A stretch of DNA of 32,000 bases, taken from contig NZ_LT606950.1 of assembly GCF_900095195.1 (NCBI RefSeq), positions 300,001 through 332,000 on the forward strand, written 5' to 3'. This stretch comes from Polynucleobacter necessarius (lineage in GTDB: Bacteria > Pseudomonadota > Gammaproteobacteria > Burkholderiales > Burkholderiaceae). The notes beneath the pieces were generated by a model. That model searched no databases, had not been told where the DNA came from, and saw only the letters and a list, made by a program, of their open reading frames with translations. The position numbers and the translations under genes are program-made. This document shows, piece after piece, positions 9,430 through 17,352 of the stretch; position 1 is the stretch's first letter, and every line of letters begins with the position of its first letter.

Positions 9430-10377
9430 TTACTTGAGGTCTGGTGATTTGACCAAGGCCTTGCCCGCTGCTGCACCTGCCTCAGCACCAAAACGTTTGG
9501 CGACGCGCTCCGCAAAGTTTTCTTTCATGGTGTAGTCCAGTACATCGGGCGCCTTAAAGATGTCGCGAGCAACCGAGTCAACTGTGCCATAACCATCTAC
9601 CAAGCCCAACTTAACTGCCTGCTCACCATTCCAAATGCGACCTGAAAATAAATCGGGTGCATCCTTTAAGCGATCACCACGACCCTCTTTCACTACCTGA
9701 ATAAATTGTTGGTGAATTTCGTCGATCATCTTTTTCACCATCTCGACTTGCTTGGGCTCTTCCTTGCTAAAAGGATCGAGCATGCCTTTGTTTGATCCAG
9801 CGGTAATCATGCGTCGTGTGACGCCCAACTTATCCATCAAACCAGTAAAACCAAAGCCCTCCATGATCACTCCAATGGAACCCACCAAGCTCGCTTTATC
9901 GACCAGAATTTGATCTGCGGCAACCGCCGCATAGTAACCACCGGATGCGCAGATATCCTCCACCACTACATAAAATGGCTTCTTGGGATAAAGCTTACGT
10001 AAGCGGTGAATCTCATCATTAATCATGCCCGCTTGAACTGGCGAACCCCCTGGACTGTTTATGCGCAAAATGACGCCGGCACTATGTTCATTTTCAAATG
10101 CCGATACCAAAGAAGAATTGATATCCATCGCATTGGCCATCGAGCTAGATGAGATTTCTCCCTCCAAAGTCACCATCGCTGTATGTCGCTCAACGCCCAT
10201 GCCACGACCAGGAATATGAAAATCAAATACCACGAGCACCACTGCAATAATCACCAACAAAGTCAGTACACGAAGTACCGCTTTCCAGCGACGCGCCTTA
10301 CGAGTCTCTTTGAGATTCTCTAAGAGCAAATATTCTAGGGCTTGACGCTCCCAGTTTGGATTGGAGTTATTTTCCAT
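9430..10377 (-). CDS. sppA: Signal peptide peptidase SppA, 36K type (S49 family)
   Basis: It has an N-terminal TM segment (VLTLLVIIAVVLVVF), then ILRINSPGGSPVQAG...CASGGYYAAVAADQI...GSIGV. Start placed at the Met at 10377, just after the upstream gene's stop at 10388. Confidence 0.88.
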   Translation of the reverse strand: MENNSNPNWERQALEYLLLENLKETRKARRWKAVLRVLTLLVIIAVVLVVFDFHIPGRGMGVERHTAMVTLEGEISSSSMANAMDINSSLVSAFENEHSAGVILRINSPGGSPVQAGMINDEIHRLRKLYPKKPFYVVVEDICASGGYYAAVAADQILVDKASLVGSIGVIMEGFGFTGLMDKLGVTRRMITAGSNKGMLDPFSKEEPKQVEMVKKMIDEIHQQFIQVVKEGRGDRLKDAPDLFSGRIWNGEQAVKLGLVDGYGTVDSVARDIFKAPDVLDYTMKENFAERVAKRFGAEAGAAAGKALVKSPDLK

Positions 10378-10387
10378 ATGGATTCCT

Positions 10388-11050
10388 CTATAGATTCTTT
10401 TCAAGCCATTGAGCCAGTTGCGGAACATCATCGACATGCGCAAGCGATGGCGATGCTTTTAACGTATCTGGTGGGTGGGCACCATAGGTCACCGCAATGG
10501 CATCAACGCCGGCATTGGCTGCCATATCTAAATCGTGAGTCGTATCCCCGATCATCAACATCCGACGCGTAGGCACTTGGGTTGCATCGGATAGCTCGAG
10601 CAGCATTCCCGGATGGGGTTTGGAGAAAGACTCATCCGCTGTGCGTGTTTCGTGAAAGAGATGTCCAATCTGATGGTGCTTAAGCGAACGGTCTAGACCA
10701 ACGCGCGATTTGCCAGTAGCTACCCCCAAGAGATACTGATCGCTTCGGAGCTTTTCTAGTAACTCACGAATACCCACAAACAAATCCAGTTCGTGATCTT
10801 TTGCTAAATAGTGATAACGAAAACGATCCGTCAACTTTGGAAAGTGCACTGGTTCAATCCATGGGACTGCGCGTCGCAACGAATCCTGGATGCCTAACCC
10901 AATCACCGAGCTGGCCAAAGAATCATCCGGCTCTTGAAAACCCAAATCGCGGCACACTTGCTGAATGCAGTGCACGATCGTTGGCGTGGAATCCATAATC
11001 GTGCCGTCCCAATCCCAAATAGCGACGATTGGCTTCGATCCTTCAGACAT
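10388..11050 (-). CDS. HAD-superfamily hydrolase (phosphoglycolate-phosphatase-like)
   Basis: 220 aa with motif I (AIWDWDGTIMDS), motif II (GVATGKS) and motif IV (MIGDTTHDLDMAANAG). It sits downstream of rluC, as in many Burkholderiales. Confidence 0.85.
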   Translation of the reverse strand: MSEGSKPIVAIWDWDGTIMDSTPTIVHCIQQVCRDLGFQEPDDSLASSVIGLGIQDSLRRAVPWIEPVHFPKLTDRFRYHYLAKDHELDLFVGIRELLEKLRSDQYLLGVATGKSRVGLDRSLKHHQIGHLFHETRTADESFSKPHPGMLLELSDATQVPTRRMLMIGDTTHDLDMAANAGVDAIAVTYGAHPPDTLKASPSLAHVDDVPQLAQWLEKNL

Positions 11051-11073
11051 TGTTCATGCGTTTCAGTTGCGTT

Positions 11074-12081
11074 TTATTGCTCAAAATTTTGCATCATGGC
11101 AGTAAATTCTGCTGGCAGCGGTGATTCAATTCGCATCTTTTCACCAGTACGAGGGTGCGTAAAACCCGCCAAGTGTGCATGCAAATATAAGCGCTTCGAT
11201 TTAATAAGCTTATCTTGGTCTTCAAATCCATATTTATCGTCGCCCAAAATCGCATGACCTAATTTTTGCAGATGTACCCGAATTTGATGAGTGCGGCCCG
11301 TTTTCAGCTGCGCCTCAGCCAGCGTCATGGCAGCGTCTGCGCGCGTAAATATTTTGGTAACACGCAAAGCCGTATGGCTGGGTAATCCATCGGGATCCAC
11401 TCGCACCCTTCTCTCACCATTGGCAAGGAGATATTTATGCAAAGGGTATTTCAATTGCATCACTTGCGCACCCTGCTGAATTTCACCGTGTGCCAGTAAA
11501 TAGTAGCGCTTGTCCGTTTGACCCTCACGAATTTGGCGATGCAATTCCACGAGCGCACTGCGCTTTTTTGCCAGCAGCAATACTCCGGAAGTATCGCGAT
11601 CGAGGCGATGAACCAATTCCAAGAATTTCAATTTTGGTCGAGCAATCCGCAACGCCTCAATTACACCCAAGGCAATCCCGGAGCCGCCGTGTACCGCCAA
11701 TCCAGCAGGCTTATCCACAATTAGTAATGCCTCATCCTCAAACAAAATGGGCATCTTCTCAGAAAAGCCTCGGGCACGAGATTTGGTTTTGGCAGTATTA
11801 ACTGCCGCCATTTGGGCTGGCTCGGCAATTCGGACCGGGGGAATTCGTACAACATCTCCCTCAATCAAGCGAGTCGTTGGCTCAGCCCGTTTTTTGTTAA
11901 TCCGAACCTCACCCGAGCGAATAATCCGATAAACGTGACTTTTGGGGGCTCCTTTGGCCCAACGCAGTAAATAGTTATCCAAACGCTGACCAGCTTCCTC
12001 TGGACCAATGGTTTGCAAATGGACTGCAGCGGGAGGGGGCGTTTTTACCTTGGAAGGCTTGGATACTGGGTCGGATTTCAT
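11074..12081 (-). CDS. rluC: 23S rRNA pseudouridine synthase C (RluA family with S4 domain)
   Basis: 335 aa with an S4-like QRLDNYLLRW..., the catalytic HRLDRDTSGVLLLAKK, and TGRTHQIRVHL. It is divergent from rne, the conserved arrangement. Confidence 0.92.
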   Translation of the reverse strand: MKSDPVSKPSKVKTPPPAAVHLQTIGPEEAGQRLDNYLLRWAKGAPKSHVYRIIRSGEVRINKKRAEPTTRLIEGDVVRIPPVRIAEPAQMAAVNTAKTKSRARGFSEKMPILFEDEALLIVDKPAGLAVHGGSGIALGVIEALRIARPKLKFLELVHRLDRDTSGVLLLAKKRSALVELHRQIREGQTDKRYYLLAHGEIQQGAQVMQLKYPLHKYLLANGERRVRVDPDGLPSHTALRVTKIFTRADAAMTLAEAQLKTGRTHQIRVHLQKLGHAILGDDKYGFEDQDKLIKSKRLYLHAHLAGFTHPRTGEKMRIESPLPAEFTAMMQNFEQ

Positions 12082-12541
12082 GATTTTGCTCCCTTGTCGC
12101 CTCGGAAAAAGACGATAAGGGACTCAACAATACCCCATTGTCATTCAACTTATGCCGTACAATCAACGCTCTAGCCAATTTATTCGCTAGATACCCGCCA
12201 AAAAAATGGCGTGAATTGTGGGGCTTGGAGTCGCCTTTTAATAGACTCTCGGGGTTGCCCCTCCCCCGTTGCAATGAGGCACAGGGTTGGTGTGCCGTAT
12301 GCCGCGACCCGCGATTAGATGACAGTTTTCAGGCGCGCGCCTGCATGGATGACCTAAAGGAGGTCTCTGCGGCGATCGTCAAGTGTGGCACCGATTTAAC
12401 CAACAGTTAACGAGGTGAACTAGGAAAAAAGTGCCTTATTTGCATGATCCACACTCATACACCGCCATAGGCTTGCCTATGCGGCCAATAACTGACCCCT
12501 AACGCATCGCGCTACTCCCACCTCCCCCATAGGAGAGTGTT
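12082..12541 (+). promoter_or_regulatory. rluC-rne divergent intergenic region, containing the rne promoter(s) and a long structured 5' leader
   Basis: About 460 bp are non-coding upstream of rne. Several local hairpins are visible: GGCAC-aggguugg-GUGCC near 12279-12298, the GGCGCGCGCC palindrome near 12332-12341, GACCU-aaagg-AGGUC near 12351-12365, and CAUAGG-cuug-CCUAUG near 12466-12481. A TACAAT -10-like hexamer lies at 12158-12163 and an AGGAG RBS at 12531-12535. E. coli rne is autoregulated through a long 5' UTR. Confidence 0.55.
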
Positions 12542-15154
12542 ATGAAACGCATGTTGTTTAATGCAACTCAACAAGAAGAGTTGCGAGTTGCCATCGTCGA
12601 TGGTCAAAAACTCATTGATATTGATATCGAAGCTGCCGGTCGTGAACAACGTAAAGGCAATATCTACAAAGGTGTTATCACCCGCATTGAGCCCTCTTTA
12701 GAGGCCTGCTTTGTGAACTACGGCGAGGAGCGTCATGGCTTCCTCCCCTTCAAAGAAGTTGCCAGAGCCTATTTCAAAGAGGGTATTGATGTGCGCAATG
12801 CGTCCATTAAGGATGCCCTGCGTGAAGGTCAAGAAATTATTGTTCAGGTAGAAAAAGAAGGGCGTGGCCAAAAAGGTGCCGCCCTCACCTCTTTTATCTC
12901 TTTAGCGGGTCGTTACTTGGTGTTAATGCCCAACAAACCACGGGGTGGTGGCGTCTCCCGTCGCATTGAAGGCGAAGACCGTCAAGAACTGCGCGAAGCC
13001 ATGGCTCAATTAGAGGTGCCTGATGGCATGAGCATCATTGCCCGTACTGCTGGTATTGGTCGTGATGCTACCGAATTGCAGTGGGACTTAAGCTACCTCT
13101 TGCAATTGTGGAAAGCCATTGATGAAGCTGCTAAGGGCAATTCAGCCCCGCTATTGATTTACCTCGAGTCCAGCTTGGTGATTCGTGCGATCCGCAATTA
13201 CTTCCAACCGGATATTGGCGAAATCCTGATCGATACCGATGACATTTACGAGCAAGCTGCTGCCTTTATGTCGGTGGTGATGCCAGATAACTTGCCACGA
13301 GTAAAGCGCTATCAAGATGATGCGCCGCTCTTCTCACACTTCCAAATTGAACATCAGATTGAGATTGCCTATTCACGCACTGTGCCACTACCATCGGGTG
13401 GCGCGATTGTGATTGACCACACTGAAGCACTTGTTTCTGTAGACGTGAACTCTGCACGCGCTACCCGCGGTTCCGATATTGAAGAAACAGCGACTCGCAC
13501 AAATTTAGAAGCTGCCGATGAAATCGCCCGACAAGCCCGTTTGCGCGACTTAGGCGGCTTGATCGTGATTGACTTCATTGATATGGAGTCCAGCAAGGCT
13601 CAGAAGGATGTTGAGAATCGCCTACGCGATGCTCTGCGTCATGACCGTGCGCGCGTTCAAATGGGCAAGATCTCTAAGTTTGGCTTGATGGAAATGTCCC
13701 GCCAACGTTTGCGCCCAGCGTTATCCGAAGGCAGTCATGTCACCTGCCCACGTTGCAATGGCACTAGTCACATTCGTGATACCGAATCTTCTGCATTGCA
13801 AGTTCTACGCATCATTCAAGAAGAGGCAATAAAAGAAAACACAGCGGCGATTCATACGCAGGTTCCAGTCGAAGTGGCTGCGTTCCTGCTCAATGAAAAG
13901 CGTGCAGAAGTCATCAAGATTGAGACTCGCTTCAAAGTTAATGTCTTGTTAGTACCGAATAAGTATTTAGAAACACCGCACTATAAGTTAGAGCGTTTGC
14001 GTCATGATGATCCTCGTTTGGATGATCAAAAGGCTAGCTATGTCATGTCTGAAGAAGCAGCACGCGAATTAGAAACTGACACTACAGTTAGTCGTAAAGA
14101 TGCGGATGTAAAAGCGCGTCCTGAAGCTGCAGTCAAAGGCATCACCCCAACGCAACCAGCACCAATCAGTCAGCCGCAGCCAGCACGCGCTGAGAAGGCT
14201 GCTGGCGAGAGTTCTGGTGGTTTCCTTGGTTTCATTAAGAAACTCTTCACCTCCAGCCCAGCTGCAGAAGAAAAACCTTCACCAAGTAATGGCCGTGGTC
14301 GCAACCAAGGGCGTAATGGTGATCGTAATCGCGGTCGCAATCGTCGCGGTGAGCGCAACGGTGATCGTGCAGAGCGCTCCGCAGCAAATGCTGGAGAGGG
14401 TACTACTGAAACTAATAGCAATCGTGGCCGCAACAACCGCAACGGCAACCGTAACCAAAACAATCAAAGTAACCAAAATGGCCCGAAACCAGAACGTCAA
14501 GCGAATCCCGCTGCCGTAACGCCTGCCACCGAAGCAACTCCTGGTAGTGAAACAACTTCAACGGCTGATAGCGATGAGCGTCGCGGTCGTGGATGTAACC
14601 GAAATGATCGTGGTGAGCGCACCGAAATTGGTGATGGCGCAACTGCGGCAACAGCCGCCCCATCTGCAAGTCCTTTTAGAAGGCCTCCCGTTGGTATGGC
14701 CGGCGCATCCGTTTCAATGCCGATTCAAAACATTGTCAATAGTTTTGGTGATAATCTGGTTGCCGAAAAATCTGAGCGCAACGAGAGGCCAGCACGCGCA
14801 CCGAGTCAATCAAATCGTTCTGAAAAAACTGCTGGCTCAGCATCATCAGCAGCACCAGTAGCACCGCTTGCAGTTGTAGCTACTGCAACAGCGATTGAAG
14901 TGATTGCAAAACCAGCGCCAGAACTGCCAAAAGTTGCTTTTCAAGCGCTTGAAGAAACGCCATTGCATAGCGTTGTGCAATCCGCTGGAATGATTTGGGT
15001 CGCTACCGATGCTTCGAAGCATACAGAAGCGCAAAACCAGATTCAGTCTGAACCCGTCATTCATAACGTCGGCAGAACACCAAAGCCAGCGGCCACGCTT
15101 CCAGAAGGCCCAATGGTTCTAGTTGAAACTGGCGGCCAAGAAAAAACGGTCTAA
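12542..15154 (+). CDS. rne: Ribonuclease E
   Basis: 870-aa ORF. The N-terminal half is canonical (MKRMLFNATQQEELRVAIVDGQKL.., an S1 domain, VIDHTEALVSVDVNS, LGGLIVIDFIDM, Zn-link CPRCNGTS). The C-terminal half is low-complexity and Arg/Asn/Gly-rich (GRGRNQGRNGDRNRGRNRRGERNGDR; NRGRNNRNGNRNQNNQSNQNG). Confidence 0.95.
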   Translation: MKRMLFNATQQEELRVAIVDGQKLIDIDIEAAGREQRKGNIYKGVITRIEPSLEACFVNYGEERHGFLPFKEVARAYFKEGIDVRNASIKDALREGQEIIVQVEKEGRGQKGAALTSFISLAGRYLVLMPNKPRGGGVSRRIEGEDRQELREAMAQLEVPDGMSIIARTAGIGRDATELQWDLSYLLQLWKAIDEAAKGNSAPLLIYLESSLVIRAIRNYFQPDIGEILIDTDDIYEQAAAFMSVVMPDNLPRVKRYQDDAPLFSHFQIEHQIEIAYSRTVPLPSGGAIVIDHTEALVSVDVNSARATRGSDIEETATRTNLEAADEIARQARLRDLGGLIVIDFIDMESSKAQKDVENRLRDALRHDRARVQMGKISKFGLMEMSRQRLRPALSEGSHVTCPRCNGTSHIRDTESSALQVLRIIQEEAIKENTAAIHTQVPVEVAAFLLNEKRAEVIKIETRFKVNVLLVPNKYLETPHYKLERLRHDDPRLDDQKASYVMSEEAARELETDTTVSRKDADVKARPEAAVKGITPTQPAPISQPQPARAEKAAGESSGGFLGFIKKLFTSSPAAEEKPSPSNGRGRNQGRNGDRNRGRNRRGERNGDRAERSAANAGEGTTETNSNRGRNNRNGNRNQNNQSNQNGPKPERQANPAAVTPATEATPGSETTSTADSDERRGRGCNRNDRGERTEIGDGATAATAAPSASPFRRPPVGMAGASVSMPIQNIVNSFGDNLVAEKSERNERPARAPSQSNRSEKTAGSASSAAPVAPLAVVATATAIEVIAKPAPELPKVAFQALEETPLHSVVQSAGMIWVATDASKHTEAQNQIQSEPVIHNVGRTPKPAATLPEGPMVLVETGGQEKTV

Positions 15155-15169
15155 GGCTTTTTCTTTTTC

Positions 15170-15442
15170 TCCAGACCGCCTCGTATCCCAAAAGGATATT
15201 GGGCGGTTTGGCAGAAACTCCGTTTCACAGATCAAAACTATTCGTATTTAGCACACAAAGAATTACTCAGTTTTGAAGAAATTACCCGCCTGTCCAACAT
15301 CTTCGCAACCCTGGGCGTTGAAAAGATTCGCCTAACCGGTGGCGAACCGCTGCTTCGTAAGAACTTAGAAGTATTAATCGAAATGTTGGCTGCCGTCCGC
15401 ACTCCAGCAGGCAAACATTTGGGTCTCACCTTCACGACTAAC
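15170..15442 (+). pseudogene. moaA: moaA 5' fragment, with radical-SAM region partly deleted, separated from the rest of moaA by the inversion
   Basis: Plus-strand reading gives ..[70 protein letters not shown], which is the MoaA N-terminal half directly after the rne stop. No TGT/TGC codon occurs on the + strand in 15155-15290, so the CxxxCxxC cluster motif is absent. The left boundary is approximate. Confidence 0.8.
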
Positions 15443-15950
15443 GGATTTTTGTGCTCCGCAGACCTATCAAGGTGCTGGTTTTTTAGGCATCTCGGATCTG
15501 CCCAGGCTGGCTGAGGAAGTTTCTACAGTTGCATCAGGGGACGGCTTTAATTGGGAAGTTCAAACCCATTTTGGGATTCCCCGGGGGTTGAGCCCCGTCA
15601 AATCTGCAATTAGGCCTCAACGGGCGCCTACATCTGATATGCCAGCGGTGTTTACAGGATTGCGCTGTAGATTTAGCTGAAAAACGGCGTTTTATCATTC
15701 TGGCAACTGAAGAAGAGGCGGATCACTATCCAGTAGAGGACGAGGACCAAGAGCCCTTGGTTGCCAGTCAGCAATTTAACTTTTGGAGACCATTGAGGAT
15801 GAAATTTTGCTCTCTATCCCTTTGATTCCAAAGCATCCCGAGGGCTTTTGTGAGTCCCATCTCCTGGCTTTGGGGGGCGAAGAGCCTGAAGAAGTTTCTT
15901 CTGAACGGGAAAATCCCTTTAACATATTGAAAAATATGAAGAAAAACTAA
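15443..15950 (+). pseudogene. yceD: yceD (DUF177, 23S rRNA accumulation protein) 3' portion, frameshifted
   Basis: It reads [40 protein letters not shown].. / ..LHLICQRCLQDCAVDLAEKRRFIILATEEEADHYPVEDEDQEPLVASQQFN / LETIEDEILLSIPLIPKHPEGFCESH..ENPFNILKNMKKN* across three frames. Frame changes are near 15600 and 15785. It lies immediately upstream of rpmF, as yceD always does. Confidence 0.8.
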
Positions 15951-16035
15951 ATTTGGGATGCCGCTTTTGGCTTTTGGGATGCCCCGTTGTTTTTGCTCAC
16001 TTCATTGATAAATCAAGCATTTAGACGCTTTTCCG

Positions 16036-16044
16036 TGCTAGAAT
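16036..16044 (+). promoter_or_regulatory. Candidate extended -10 promoter (TGcTAGAAT) for rpmF-plsX-fab
   Basis: TGCTAGAAT lies 24 nt upstream of the rpmF ATG, and AGGAG is at 16057-16061. I find no convincing -35, which is tolerable for a TGn extended -10. Prediction by eye only. Confidence 0.35.
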
Positions 16045-16067
16045 GTCGCCTTATTTAGGAGTTCATT

Positions 16068-16247
16068 ATGGCCGTTCAACAAAATAAAAAATCACCTTCC
16101 AAACGTGGCATGCATCGTGCGCACGACTTTTTGACCGCACCTGCTACGGCTGTTGAAGCCACTACTGGTGAGGCTCATTTGCGCCACCACATTTCACCTA
16201 ACGGCTACTATCGTGGTCGTAAAGTTGTTAAAACCAAAAACGACTAA
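16068..16247 (+). CDS. rpmF: 50S ribosomal protein L32
   Basis: My translation is [59 protein letters not shown] (59 aa). It is below the ORF-track length cutoff. It has the canonical L32 N-terminus and the expected position between yceD and plsX. Confidence 0.95.
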   Translation: MAVQQNKKSPSKRGMHRAHDFLTAPATAVEATTGEAHLRHHISPNGYYRGRKVVKTKND

Positions 16248-16268
16248 TTTCTTAGTCTAAACAGATCG

Positions 16269-16297
16269 AAGCGGCTCCATTTACGGCCGCTTTTTCT
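16269..16297 (+). terminator. Hairpin plus T-run after rpmF (terminator or attenuator ahead of plsX)
   Basis: The sequence is aAGCGGCuccauuuacgGCCGCUuuuuc: a 6-bp GC stem followed by T5. Confidence 0.45.
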
Positions 16298-16338
16298 TGG
16301 ATAACGTCGGTTAACCACTTGCTGCAATCGAACAGTTT

Positions 16339-17352
16339 ATGAGCGTTACTCTCGCTATCGATGCCATGGGCGGAGATCATGGAGTCGTCGTGACGGTTCC
16401 CGCTGCCTGCGATTTTCTAGAAAAACATACTGATGTGAAGATTGCCTTAATTGGCGATCCAGAGTTAATTTCACAAATATTAAGTAAGTCCTCTAAGGCG
16501 CCAGTAAAGCGCATTCAAATTATTCCTGCAAGTGAAGTGGTATTGATGGATGATCCCATTGAAATTGCTTTGCGCCGTAAAAAAGATTCATCCATGCGCG
16601 TTGCTATAGAGCAGGTTAAAGAAGGCGTCGCAGATGCAGTGATCTCGTCTGGTAACACCGGCGCATTAATGGCGATTTCTCGTTACATATTGAAAACATT
16701 AGATGGCGTAGACCGCCCGGCTATCGCTGCTGCGATACCGAATGAACTTGGGCGCGGCACAACGATGTTGGATCTGGGCGCAAACGCCGATTGTGAGCCC
16801 ATACACTTAGTGCAGTTTGCACAAATGGCCAACGTGATGGTTCAGGTTGTTGATGGCAAACCCATTCCTTCGATTGGCCTTCTCAATATTGGCGAAGAGG
16901 TCATCAAAGGCAATGAAGTAGTTAAGCAAACCAGTGAACTTCTGCGTCAAACAAACTTAAACTTTTACGGCAACGTTGAAGGAAATGACATCTTTAAAGG
17001 CACCACCGACATTGTGGTGTGCGATGGATTTGTTGGTAATGTTGTACTCAAGGCCAGCGAGGGTCTTGCGAAAATGATGAGCGGCATGATCCGTGAAGAA
17101 TTCAATCGCTCTTGGCTTACAAAATTGATGGCTGTTTGCGTTATGGTGCCATTATTACGAGTACGTAAACGTGTCGATCATCGCCGTTATAACGGCGCGG
17201 TATTGTTGGGTCTTCGCGGTTGCGTTATTAAGAGTCATGGTTCTGCTGATCGCTTTGCATTTGGTTTTGCATTAGAGCGCGCTTATGAAGCCGCTAAAAA
17301 TCGGATGGTTGATCGTATTGCTGCAGCCTTTGTAGCGGAGACAACAGAATGA
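16339..17352 (+). CDS. plsX: Phosphate acyltransferase PlsX
   Basis: 337 aa with [32 protein letters not shown] and GAVLLGLRG. Confidence 0.95.
   Translation: MSVTLAIDAMGGDHGVVVTVPAACDFLEKHTDVKIALIGDPELISQILSKSSKAPVKRIQIIPASEVVLMDDPIEIALRRKKDSSMRVAIEQVKEGVADAVISSGNTGALMAISRYILKTLDGVDRPAIAAAIPNELGRGTTMLDLGANADCEPIHLVQFAQMANVMVQVVDGKPIPSIGLLNIGEEVIKGNEVVKQTSELLRQTNLNFYGNVEGNDIFKGTTDIVVCDGFVGNVVLKASEGLAKMMSGMIREEFNRSWLTKLMAVCVMVPLLRVRKRVDHRRYNGAVLLGLRGCVIKSHGSADRFAFGFALERAYEAAKNRMVDRIAAAFVAETTE

Noticed and set aside
12138-12410. A 90-aa ORF (+), together with the overlapping 99-aa ORF (11975-12274, -), in the rluC-rne spacer, considered as possible small proteins.
   Set aside because: I see no RBS, no recognisable motifs, and a Cys/Arg/Trp-rich composition atypical of the neighbouring genes. 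The region is better explained as the rne leader.
14170-15064. A cluster of long ORFs on both strands overlapping the 3' half of rne (for example 14170-14463 -, 14217-14519 +, 14279-14500 -, 14412-14669 -, 14547-14861 +, 14846-15064 -).
   Set aside because: They lie in a compositionally repetitive (CGN/AAC/GGN-rich) segment where stop codons are rare in every frame. Their products are low-complexity nonsense. The rne frame is continuous with the conserved N-terminal domain.
15952-15983. A short direct repeat, TTTGGGATGCC, occurring twice 21 bp apart just after the yceD stop.
   Set aside because: There are only two copies of 11 bp with no further periodicity. That is too small for a CRISPR array, an iteron or an operator claim. 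It could be a chance repeat or a minor duplication.
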